Shown: piece by piece, positions 12,622-24,445 of the stretch
Layout: the number at the start of each line of letters is the position of its first letter
How positions within the stretch are numbered: position 1 is the stretch's first letter
Assembly (NCBI RefSeq): GCF_006345805.1
Contig: NC_043024.1
Location: 434,001-498,000 of the forward strand
DNA from: Octopus sinensis
Lineage: Eukaryota
Length of the DNA: 64,000 nt
Reading direction: 5' to 3'
Notes under the pieces: generated by a model
What the model was told of the DNA's origin: nothing
The model's input: only the letters and a program-made list of their open reading frames with translations
The model's database searches: none
Position numbers and translations under genes: made by a program

Positions 12622-12830
12622 TGACAGGCTTCTTTCAGTTTCCACTGTCCAAATCCCTGAGGATTTGGTCAACCCAAGGCTATAGTAGAAGACACTTACC
12701 CAAGGTGCCACGCAGTAGGACTGAACTCAAAATCATGTGGTTGAGAAGCAAACTTCTTACCACACAACCATACCTGCACCTACATATATAGACATATACA
12801 CATTTGCCTATGTGTATGTGTGTGTATGTA

Positions 12831-12874
<44 letters not shown>

Positions 12875-13483
12875 CATACATATTTATATGTACACACGCA
12901 CACATATATATGTATTTATGTATATGTGTGTGTGTGTTTTGCAAGAGGTGAAAATTATTGATCTTAAAACTAAACTAAATTAGAACTACTGAAACAAAGT
13001 TACCGTAATTGTCTGTTAATGCTAGCTAAACATGTACAGAAATATTCCATTCTGTTTGGCAAAACCATTTATATTTAGATTTGAACAAAACTCTTAATAA
13101 CACCTCAACTTCATTAATGACTTTCTGAATGTCCTCCAGGAATTACTTTGGTTTGTATTACTGCTTCTGTTTCTATAATCAAATTCTTTGATAACAGGTT
13201 CTTCACATCTCAAACAGCAGTTAGAGAAAGCTCAGTTTCATGAAACAAACAAAAGAAGCTTCTATGTGGTTACTTGACCTTTTAGAAATAAGCACAAAGT
13301 TCTCCCTACTCACAACTTATGTGCTGCCTTAAAAATATAATGAAAGACTGCAGTGGACAATGTAATTTTAAATCTGTGGTTCCCAACTCTTTTTCAACCT
13401 ATGGACCCCTTTCAATCCTGTTTTACTCAAATAGACCCCCATAGCCATTCAATGTTTTAAAAAATACTATTATATTCTCATAG

Positions 13484-13806
13484 CAAGTGATTTGATCTGA
13501 GATCGTGTGCTGGAACGCAAACAATTGCAGCGTGGAAGGTGTTTGTAAGCCATTTAAGAAACACACAAAAGCCGTTCGATTCACTTCAACAATTAAGTTT
13601 AATTTGTCAAAATATTTTCATCGCTAAAATCCGCGACCTGTTCACTGACAAAAATAATGATGCAGCACGGATTTTTGTCAGTGAATAGGTTGTGGTCTTA
13701 AAGCAATGAAAATATTTTGACAAATTAAACTTAATTGTTGAAGTGAATCGAACGGCTTTTGTGTGTTTCTTAAATGGCTTAGAAACACCTTCCACGCTGC
13801 AATTGT
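13484..13806. mobile_element. Fold-back element (about 135-bp arms, 13521-13806) with a 16-bp flanking direct repeat
   Basis: Near-perfect palindrome acaattgcagcgtggaagg...ccttccacgctgcaattgt, flanked by tattatattctcatag (13468-13483) and tattatattcttatag (13806-13821). Confidence 0.75.
13674..13724 (+). ncRNA. Minimal hammerhead motif, G3-U8 (G3-C8 in the partner arm)
   Basis: TTTGTCA-GTGAATA-G-GTTGT..GCAAT-GAA-AATATT-T-TGACAAA. The partner arm on the minus strand (13603-13653) has GTGAACA-G-GTCGC..GCGAT-GAA-AATATT-T-TGACAAA. Confidence 0.6.
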
Positions 13807-14938
13807 ATTATATTCTTATAGTTAGATATTATTAAGGACTAGCTGATAAGACGCACTCTGTGCAGAATTTTAAGGTCATGCCTACAGAGGGCTAATTGGG
13901 TTTGTGGCCCCAGACCATAGAGAGCTAAACAGCATGACTATAATACATCTATAATGACTATATGCCCTGGTGGTGTTTGATCAGAGGTTAAGGACAGATG
14001 AGAAGAATGAATTCTGTAATGTAATCAGTCTATTGTTCCAGTCCCAAGCTGAATTCCAACTGTTGGCCAATTTGTCCCAAAGTTCTTATCTCGACATAAA
14101 ATCAACAAAACGAAAGTCATTTATCTCTGATTTCTGAATTCATCTGACAAATGCCAACCAAAATGTTGTGAATTAGCCAAGTTTTACCTGCTAGAAATAG
14201 CAACCCAAATGCTTTTAAATTGGATCCCAAAGCTGGACATTCAAGAACCAAATAAAGGGTAGGTTTACAATCCCAGGATCATCCTGATTCCAAAAAAGTA
14301 TAATATGTCTCTGTAGAGCAAATGTAGGCTGAGCTATAGGGATCCCAGACAAACAGGTAGAATTTTGATTTTATTAATGTAGATTTTATTTTTAAAATGG
14401 CTAAGATATTTTGTGTATTATAAAAGTATAACCAATTCATTGCACATAAATTTTAACAAAAGATCTTATATGACCCCCAAGGGCCATATGGACCCTAGTT
14501 GAGAACCCCTGTTTTAGATGTACAGCTAATGGAATGGTCATGGCTGGAATGATTTTTAATCATTAAAATGGTTCACAATAAAAGAGGCAAAGCTTTCTAG
14601 TCAGCTCAGAGATGCCTGTCATGGTATCTGGTGCTGAAGAGAACTCAAATTTGACCAGTCTGATATAGAGTGCTCTCAGCTGACAAGGGTGTTTTACATC
14701 TTTTTTGTATCAAAGGAGAATTTCTTCCCCAAAACAAGCTGCAGTGAAAAGCCTTTCCATGTTCAAATATCTCCCAAACATATTTGAACTGCTCTTAAGT
14801 TTGCTCCCTGGCCCCATGTTTCAGGGTTCAGTCCCACTGTGTGGAACCTTAGGCATGAGTCTACTATTATAGCCTCAAGGCCAACCAAAGCATTGTGTGT
14901 GGACTTGGTAGACGGATACTGAGAGAAGCCTGTTGTAA

Positions 14939-14976
<38 letters not shown>

Positions 14977-15274
14977 CTGGTGGTCTTTGTCCCTCCCCCA
15001 CCACTGCTTGACAACCAGTATCAATGTGTTTACACCCCCATAACTTAGAGGTTCAGCAAAAGATAGTGATAGAATAAGTACCAGACTGAAAGAAAATAAG
15101 TACAGGGGCCAATTCATCCAACTTTGGTTGGCCTGGAGCTATCTACTATAGTCCTAGGCCAACCAAAGCTTTGTGAGAGGATTTGGTAGATGGAAACTGA
15201 AAGAAGCCCATTGTATGTATGACTCCCTACCTTATTCACTAAATATCTATACTTCTTTCAATGGTAATGATTTT

Positions 15275-15334
<60 letters not shown>

Positions 15335-16729
15335 CAATGTAAACACTTTTCCATATAACATTGCACTTCAATTTTGAAGTTTACATTTATATACATGCAG
15401 AGAAAAAGTATAAACTTATGTAGGAAATGAATTCAGGAGTTGGAAGGAGAGAAGCCCCTCTCAGAAGTGGAATAAAATTATTTTATTCCGCTTCTGGAAA
15501 TGAATGATTACCATCAGAAAAATGATTTGTCCTTCTTGAAAGTCCAATGGTAATGGAGGAATAGCAATACATACAGGTTTAACACACTGGAAGTATGTAG
15601 TTACAAACCTGCACATTAGCAGAGTCCAGTGTGTACAAGAATGTTGTTTCTGAAAGTCAAAGTAGTGACAGCAACTCAACAGCACACTTGATGTCTAAGC
15701 AGCCTGTTAAGGACAGCTCTGCTTGCTCATGATGTGAGAGGGAACTAGAAAACCTGTTCTAAACAAATGCCAAGCTCATTTCAAACTTATAAGCATGCTT
15801 TTTTGTTTTGGTTTTTGTAAATAATAAACCTAAATCTGACTGACAGGACACAGCATTTGTAATTTCATTGTATTATTATTTACTATTGCCTTGCCTTCCA
15901 TTCCTGTAACATAGCATCGGAATTTCAGCACTAACACTGACACGACACAGCATTTGTAATTTCATTTCACTATTACTTATTGATATTCCTAATTAAAAAA
16001 ATGTCTCCTAAAGAAAGACCATCAAAAAACAAACACCAAACAAACGCACGATGTGCAATGCTTTTTCTAATTGAACAGTGATGTTCCACTTGACCGGCAG
16101 CCTTTTCAGTGCCATCGCAGTCAACTGGATTCCCTAAAGCTATACTTCTACTATCTGATAAACCCATTTTTTTTCGAAACAGTAAAAGTAATTACCTGAT
16201 CAATGACCAGTGTTACTGCTAGTATACATATATATATTTACATACGTGTGTGTCTGTGTTTGTCCCCTCCCATAACACTTGAAAAGTGGTGTTGGTTTGT
16301 TTATGTCCCCATAACTTCATAACTAAGCGGTTTGGCAAAAGACTTTAATAGAAAACATGCCAGAATTAGAAAAAATAAGTACTGTCCAACTGAAATTCTT
16401 CAAGGCGGTGCCCCACCATGGCCAGAGACCAATGTCTGGAACAAGAAAACGATAAAAGATATCAAAAAGAAAAAAAATGGGGGGGGGGGTTTTGCTGCGG
16501 TGGAATTAGAAAACAGAAATAAAGAAATCTACAGCCGGACACGAGAAGGAGAGAAATAAGCGAAGAAGTTAATTCCGGTGTTCGGCCTTTCGTCGCTCCT
16601 CTATTAAACACACGCTGTGACAGTGTGTGTGTGTGTGTGTGGAAATAGCCATTTGCGTATTCATTGCTGTTTGCCTGCTTGTGCCATCCTAATTAAATCT
16701 TAGTGAAGCACCAGTGTATTTCGCTAACT

Positions 16730-17325
16730 CAATTTACTAACAAATTCTTCTAAATCCATAATTTACAAACTCCTGTTTAATTAAATGTTTTTTTTTTTCT
16801 CAACGACCACAATTGCCAGGTTTAGAGCTTATAGGACACCAGGACACCTACAGTTGTCTCCCTTACACCAAGTATTTTCCAGCCATCTCCTTTGTCTTAG
16901 AGTTTCGGTGGATCAGTACTTGTGTTTTCCATACACACACACACCGCCCCTTCTGCTTCTATACAGGCTTACACAGCAGACCCAAAATTGCTGCCCCTAT
17001 AAAAACATCACACGAAACAGACGATCCCAACTGATCCTTTCTATCTACTGGCTTTTGGATCTTACACAAATATTGTTACGACTTGCATTCAAATGTTTCA
17101 TTCGGTCTGCTAATCCTGATGAGGCCCATCTCTTCTTCAGAATACGAGAACCGCTTGGCACTGTACATGATAAACCTTCTCTTCGACTTACGCCCTAGGA
17201 AACTTACGATCATCCGCATTTACGACCACAATATATAAATATCTAAATAAATAAATAAAATCTATTTTCGGACGTTGGGCAGCTGCGCGTACGATAACTA
17301 CGGCAGCATCTGGCAACGTAGGCCC
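16730..17325 (+). mobile_element. Probable gypsy LTR end and primer-binding site
   Basis: LTR-like segment containing aataaa ends in CA (17307-17308), followed by TC and TGGCAACG (PBS-like), upstream of the integrase remnant. The 5' boundary is uncertain. Confidence 0.4.
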
Positions 17326-17639
17326 CTCCCCTCAAACCCAAGCATCCACTGCCTGCCACTGTCTTTCACTCAGTCACTTTGAAGCATCAGTTGAATTTGA
17401 ATAAAAATAGTGTTGAAAAACATAAATCTGACATACGACCAGTTAGTCGGAACGGAATTCGGTCGTAAGTCGAGAAATTGTATATAAGTTCCTCAGCTCA
17501 GAAATATAGAATTGTATTTATCCAATTAGAGCTAACATAAGACATCAATGGAGGTTTATAAGCCTTTAAAATCCACTGTCACTGCCCATAGGCATAGCGT
17601 AGTGGATAAAGGCGTTGGTTGCTGCAGTACAATCACCTG

Positions 17640-18300
17640 GGAGGAGGGGGGGGGAGAATGGTCCCAAAATTGCCTGAAGTACCATTAGGTACTTTTGCAA
17701 ATCCTGATGCCAGATTCCAACACATTCATCTTGACATAGTTGGACCATTACCTCCAGAAGGTAATATTTATTTGTTAACATGCATAGATTGTTTTTCACA
17801 ATGGCCAGAAGCTTATCCGATCAAAGACATATCAGCAGTAAATATAGCAAGACTTTTATTTACCAATTTGATGTCTAGATTCGGCAAACCCAACACCTTG
17901 ACGACAGATCGTGGAAGACAATTTGAGTCTACACTTTTCGCAGAATTCAACAAATTGTTGAGAATTCATAGAATTCGTACAATTTCATATCATCCACAAT
18001 CTAACGTCATGATAAAAAGGTTTCATAGGTAGTTGAAATCTTCGTTAAGGACTTATTCTTATTCTAGTAGTTGGTTAGAAGCTTTACCAGTGGTACAGGG
18101 TCGATAAATTAAGTACCAGTTACGCACTGGGGTCGATGTAATCGACTTAATACCTATGTCTCTCCTTGTTTGTCCCCTCTGTGTTTAGCCCCTTGTGGGC
18201 AATAAAGAAATAGGTATTGTTAAGAATTAGGAGTGCTGTTAAAGAAAGTTTACAAAATTCTCCTGCTGAACTTTTGTACGGAACAACATTAGCTCAAAGC
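17640..18300 (+). mobile_element. Ty3/gypsy integrase (rve) remnant
   Basis: ARFQHIHLDIVGPLP...LLTCIDCFSQWPEAYPI...LTTDRGRQFES...YHPQSN...FHR, then ...RSAVKESLQNSPAELLYGTTL; interrupted by a SINE fragment at 18096-18213. Confidence 0.85.
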
Positions 18301-18495
18301 TGGTCAAACGTTTGAAGAAACCAATTCGTTTAATGAAGATATCAACAATTATGTAATTATGTAACCCGGCTCAAGAGATTTCCTTCTGATGTTCCTTCTT
18401 TTACGAGTAAATTACAAAATATTAAAGGTTTCGTTCCTTCTGATATTAATTCTTGGACTCATGTAATGATGCCAGTCATCATTCACTGAATTATA

Positions 18496-19924
18496 TTGGG
18501 TTGGCAACTAAGTTACCGACGTTTTTTTTATTTTATTTTGGGAATCTTTTTTTTTTTTTTTCAAATCAATTTTAGTTTATTTTTGTTTACTTTCAGATCA
18601 TTAAAATGGAATGTCAAATTAGGAAAAACGAGCATTTTAGACACCTTTTTGCTTTTAATCAAGGTTCTAAGGCCTCAAAAGCTGCTCACGACCTTTGTGC
18701 TGTGTACGGAGAAGGTGCCATGGCAGAAAGAACCGTTCGTGATTGGTTTGCCAAGTTCAAAACTGGAAATTTTGACCTCAAAGACGCTCCTCGTTCTGGC
18801 CGTCCAGTTGAGTTCGATGAAGAAAGATTAAACCACCTTTTGCACGAAAATTCTCGTTAAACGACAAGGGAACTGGCAGAGAAAATGGAATGCTCCCACA
18901 CTGCTATAGAGAAGCATCTTCACTCGATGGGAAAGGTTCAGAAGTATGGAGCATGGGTTCCGCATGCTTTAAGTGACAACAACAAAAATCAACGAGTCAC
19001 AATCTCCGCTGGTTTGCTTACTCGTCACTGCTCAACTCATGGACACAAGCAACGATTTCTTTACCGAATCGTTACTGGCGACGAAAAATGGTGTCTGTAC
19101 ATCAAATATGAAGCAGCGTAAAGAATGGCTAAGCCCCGGTAAACAAGCGACAGCACGAGTGAAACAAGATCTTCAGCCGCGTAAAAAGATGTGGTGTGCA
19201 TGGTGGGACTGGGAAGGGATTATCCATTACGAATTGTTTGAACGGAACCAAACAGTCAACAACACGGAACTTTATGTTCAGCAGATGGAACGACTCAACA
19301 TGGCGACTCAAGAGAGAAGACCGAATCGTCAGCAAGGAGATCGTCTGCTGCTCAATATATTGGCGATATGAGAGCGGGTCCGCTACGAAAGGTTTACGAA
19401 AATAAAAATAAGAAAAAAGTGGAAATTTTACCGATGAATGTGTTAAATTATAAGGCACAAAAAGAAAATGTCTCTCCCCAGACACAACAGAAAATGCTTC
19501 AACAGACGAACTCGTATAAAGGATGTTGCAAACCAAATCCAAAAACGAAAAATAGTCATTTCCTTTCATTTCTTGACAGAAGCAAATAGGAAATAAAATT
19601 TATTGAGCAAAGACAAGTTTTGCTACCCAGTGTAGTCAATGAAATGTGTGTGAGTCACAAAACTACCGTAGAATGGATAATAAGCCATTTCCATCTCCTT
19701 CAAATGGTGTTTTGTTCAATAATGAATTGAGAGATTGGTTGGAGGAATTTTTCGAGTCGAAATTTTGGGTGACTTCTACCAACGAGGTATTGAAAAATCT
19801 TATTGAACGTTGGGAAGAAGTTGTAAACAACAAGGGTGAATACATTATTGATTAATTAGTTGTTATTTTTATATTAAACCTTTTAAAAAAATTAAAATGG
19901 AGGGAACTTCGTTGCCAACCCCAA
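18496..19924 (+). mobile_element. Mariner transposon, defective
   Basis: TA followed by TIR TTGGGTTGGCAACTAAGTT, right end AACTTCGTTGCCAACCCCAA. Transposase motifs PRSGRP, WVPHAL, TGDEKW and ERWEEVVNNKGEYIID are present, with a stop and frameshifts. The HDNA/YSPDL region is replaced by foreign DNA. Confidence 0.9.
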
Positions 19925-20124
19925 AAAATACAATTGTCAATTAAAGGTAAAAACTATGACTTGGGATATGCGTGGTAAAAAGGAAATTGTCAGTTTAGAC
20001 AGTCTTCATGTCATGAAAATAAAGATTTGAACAAAACATTTTTTTAAAAAACTTGAAACAAAACAATTCAGAAAACAGCGAAAATAGAGGAAAAGATCCA
20101 GAAATGAGTTTTAAAGTCACTTAC

Positions 20125-20551
20125 CAGCGAAAAGAAAGCCAAAAGTGGCAGAATTGCACATTTTCCCAAAATACTTTCTCACTTTCTTTCAATATATTCC
20201 TCATGAACTTTTATATTCCTGGAATTTTTTGTTAAAAAAAAGATTTGTAATTTTTTTCCAGAGAAATTAGAATTGAACAATTTGATAAACGTTGTTTGTT
20301 ATTGTAAAACCGTGACGAGCGGTTATTTTCGTGTCTTTAACATTGTAAATTTGTATATTTGACTTGCTAAAAGTATTAATTCAAACATTCGATTGAAATA
20401 TAAATGTATTATGGATTAATATTTGCCCTTTTTCCGCAAAATCGAGTCTTCTCTGGCGACCGTCTTCCAGTTTCTGCAATTCGTAAAAGGCGCCTACTGT
20501 GACGTCATGGTCGTCTGCTCGAAAGAGCGCAATTCTTGCTTTTCTCATTGG
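20125..20551 (-). promoter_or_regulatory. Candidate promoter and first exon of a third, minus-strand gene
   Basis: CCAAT (minus, 20547-20551), perfect CRE TGACGTCA (20500-20507), CpG enrichment and consensus donor CTG|GTAAGT at 20125/20124. Confidence 0.4.
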
Positions 20552-21375
20552 TGGAAAATGTCTGTCCAAATACGAATTCTCAACTTTTGCCAAAGAAATA
20601 TTTCACGAAATATGGTTCTTAGAATTTGGATATAAACAATTATAAAAACCTTCATTTTGGGGAAATTACTCAGTGGTCGTTCAATATTACTAATCTCCAC
20701 GACACTCACTCATTGAGACAATGGCTATTTTTTATGCCCTGTCTATGGCTTAAATCCAACAAGACTTATTTAAATTGTTATGAATTCTAATAGTTAGTAT
20801 GAAGGATTAGCTTAGTGTGAATTCTAAGTCGTAATTCTCTACGACAAAATTACTTTACTTTCCAATTGTACTACAAATGCTAAATGTACATAAATAAACT
20901 AATATAGTAATTATTTTCTTTTTCTTCAACTTGTTAATGAAATTTATTTCTGCAATTATGAAACTGTTGGGTTTTTTTTTTTTTTTGCGGTTTTATTTAT
21001 TTATCTTCATCATACATACGCACGCATGAAATTGTCCGTTAGTGTTTCGGAGTAAATATTTCTCGCTATGGCGTTTATGTATAATGATAACACTTATAAG
21101 TTATAAGTGGCGAGTTTAGCAATATATATTCCTACTTCAAATGTAAAATATATTTATTATCTATTTCCAAATAGGAAACATATAAAAGTGGTGTTACACA
21201 AACAGTAACCAAACCGGCTACAGAAATGGTATATCTATCCCCTGTACGGTATTTTTGTGACACACACACACACACACACATTTCATTGACTACATTGGGT
21301 AGCAAAACTTGTCTTTGCTCAATAAATTTTATTTCCTATTTGCTTCTGTCTAGAAATGAAAGGAAATGACTATTG

Positions 21376-21590
21376 TTTCCTTCAACTGATGCGGTTAGTT
21401 TATTCCATGCTTCAGTAATTCTGAACGTGAAAAACTGCTTCTGAAAGTCATGGGTGCTGTGTTGGTTTGTTGCTTTTGTAAGTCCAGAAGTATTCGACAC
21501 ATGGAATTCAAAAAGTTGCCCAAGGTTGTTGCTGTTGGAAGGATGGTGGGTTATCTTGTGGATGTCTATCAGGTCCGATGCCAAGCATCG
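21376..21590 (-). mobile_element. CR1-like LINE fragment
   Basis: ...HDFQKQFFTFRITEAWNKLTASV, same family as the 41-42 kb copies. Confidence 0.7.
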
Positions 21591-24234
21591 TATCTGTTAC
21601 CGTTTTTGTTTCACCTGTTTCAATCTTTTGGAATGTGGCTATGCTGGGGCACCACCTTGATGGCTTTGTCGAACAAATCAATCCCACTACTTATTCTTTT
21701 TAAGCCTGGTACTTATTCTATCAGTCTCTTTTGCTGAACTGCTACGTTGCAGGGATGTAAACAAACAAACTAGTTGTCAAAAAGATGGTGGGGGACCAAC
21801 ACACACACACACACACATATCAGGCGTAGCTGTTTGGTAAGAAATTTGCTTCCCAACCATATGGTTTTAGGTTCAGTCCCACTGCATGGCACTTTAGGTA
21901 AGTGTCTTCTACTGTAACCTCGGGCCAACTCAATCTTGTAAGTCGATTTAGTGAATGGTAACTGAAAGAAGCCTATCGTGTGTGTGTGTGTCTTTGTATC
22001 TGTGTTTGTCCTCTACCACTGCTTGGCAGCGGTATTGGTGTATTTACTTCCCTGTAACTTAGCATTTTGGCAAAAGAGACTGAGAGAATAAGCACCAGGC
22101 TTAAAAAAGAAAAGTATTGGATCGATTCATTCAATTAAAAATTCTATATATACATGATGGGCTTCTTTCAGTTTCCATCTACCAAATCCACTCACAAGGC
22201 TTTGCTCAGCCCAAGGCTATAGTAGGAGACACTTGCCCAAGGTGCCATGCAGTGGGACTGAACCTGGAGTCATGTGGTTGGGAAGCTAATTCTTACCACT
22301 CGGCCACGTATGTTTTTTACCTCCAGTTCAGTTCTTGCTTCATGCAATCCAACCATAACCACCTCATCATGCATGAATGATTACCTTATCCAATTCCTTA
22401 TCATTCCTTCTCCAAAACGATTAGGTGTGATTTGAAGGGAATTTAGCTGCAAATTTTAGCATGTCAAGAGATCACTTAGAGATTCAGTTCAAGAGTCTGT
22501 CTACTTCATATTAAAATCCCAAACCTCATAGCCATTAATTAATTACTAATTATACAGTCTGATACTAATTAATTATTGAATCATACAATCTCATAATTAA
22601 TTAGCTTAATATTTATTCATTGTTAATTAAGCAGACTGACAATTATTAATTATTAACTACAAAGTCCGGCAATTATTAATTATCAAAGTTAGAATTTCAA
22701 ATTTAATATTTATAAAAATATTTATTTCATTAAATTACAATTTTTTTTTTTTTATGATTCCTTGTGATTGTTTGTTGTCTGTCACAGCTTCCATACTGGC
22801 AACTGTGGCCACCTAAGTATTTATCCTTGGACATCCTTCACTGCTTCTGAAAGAAATAAAGAAAGTAAGAAATAAAGAAAACAAGAGAAAACAACAAAAA
22901 AAACATAAGAAAGAGAGAAAGAAAAGAAGTAGAGTAAGAAAGAAACAAAAAACAAAAACAGGAATGAAGAAAAAAGCCTTAATCAAAGGCCTCGTTCTTC
23001 AAGGCCTGCTTTGAGTTTGTCATTGATGGGGCCACAAACAGCAACAAAAGGAATCTGACAGAGAAAACTAACAGCCAAGTGATTCTTCAATCAATGCATT
23101 AAATAAATCACTGGATAGTTGGTTGGTGAAGTGGCATTGAACCAGTGTGTGTGTTTATTTTGAATTTTTATTGGTTAAATGACCCTCCCTAGACACAAGA
23201 TTTGGTTCATCATACAAATTCACACCAAGAATCTTGCAAACCAAATACAAGAATGGAGTATTTCAAGGTGGTGCTCCAGCATGGCAGCAGTCAAATGAGA
23301 GAGAGAGAGAGAAACAGAGACAGACAGACATGTATATATACATATGTATAGCTATCTATCTATCTATCTAAGAAGCAGAAAGAAAATACTCTGAGAAGTT
23401 TATCATGAATAAAAGAAAGAAAATATTTACATCTTTATCAAAATAAGCTACTGGTTCCATTCATTTTGAAGACATTTAGTCATGCTGTAAGAGAAGGGAA
23501 AATTATATATTTAGCATACACAAAGATATGATGAAGAGGTATTAAATAACAGAGTGAAGTAAAGAACATAGTAATATGAAAGTTCATATAGTACAGAGCC
23601 AAATAAAATAAAATATAAACATTAAATAAAAATAAAGCAAACCAAATTTATTGTAAAACATTAAAAATCATAAAGCAGGCCTCTGACAAAAAAGAAACAA
23701 CCGAAACATCACAATTAGTTAAATGAATTAAGAATAATGATCAGGAGTAAATAATACAGCATTCACCTAATTAAACCATTAGAATTATCAAAATCATTTT
23801 TAAATGTTTAAAACAAGTCATTTGATTTTTAAAATAATTTCAAAGTAACTTTAAAATCAGCTGATTCTATTATTTTATTCTTAATCCTGTTATTTACTGC
23901 AGCATCCTTTCTTTAATACTTGAATGTTGCAAGAATTTTATGATTACAATTCATTATTCTTTCATTTCACTTATTCTGGATACTTTAAGAATTCTGCCAA
24001 CTTATAGTCAGCCAATATATTCAGAATATCATATCTGTTATCCACCTCAGGTGTCTGAGTAGCACCAAATGAATAATGTGTAAATGCAGAAAGAAAATTT
24101 TTACTTTTTTATCAAAATAAGCTACCGGTTTCATTCATTTTTAAGAAATTTAGTCATGCTGTAAGAGAAGGGAAAATTTTTCACAAAAATATTAATAACA
24201 ATAATAATAACATATGCATGATTATACCTGTGTC

Positions 24235-24445
24235 TTATACAGGAGATTCTAATTGCTCAGCCATCTCGATATACACTGATTTAAGGTGAGTGTAGTAGTT
24301 CATGGTCACAGCAGCATTCTCATGACCGATTCCAGACATCTTAAAACCACCAAATGGTATACCAATAGTAACTACATTGTAATTGTTAACGTAGATACTG
24401 CCAGTTTGTAGATTACCAGCAACACGGTGAGCTTGCTGTAAGTCT
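24235..24445 (-). CDS. ALDH9A1: ALDH9A1-like coding exon 9 (terminal)
   Basis: DLQQAHRVAGNLQTGSIYVNNYNVVTIGIPFGGFKMSGIGHENAAVTMNYYTHLKSVYIEMAEQLESPV* with PFGGFKMSG motif. The nine exons sum to 1551 nt = 516 aa plus stop. Confidence 0.95.

Larger units (their letters stand above)
13374..14511. mobile_element. Non-autonomous hAT (Charlie-like) element hosting the fold-back insertion
   Basis: Ends CTGTGGTTCCCAAC ... GTTGAGAACCCCTG (imperfect TIRs); 8-bp TSD ttttaaat/ttttagat (7/8 match, resembles NTCTAGAN). Confidence 0.65.

Noticed and set aside
15847-15966. 23-bp direct repeat gacacagcatttgtaatttcatt, 97 bp apart
   Set aside because: Most likely a small local duplication; the intervening sequence has no element hallmarks.
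16568-16610. Minus-strand TAGAGGAGCGACGAAAGGCCGAACACCGGAATTAAC, reminiscent of a decayed hammerhead
   Set aside because: The core has multiple non-compensated changes and helix II does not pair; at most a degenerate remnant.
17111-17135. CTGATGAGGCCC in the gypsy LTR-like region, resembling a hammerhead core
   Set aside because: No complementary helix II partner followed by GAAA, and no helix I or III could be built.
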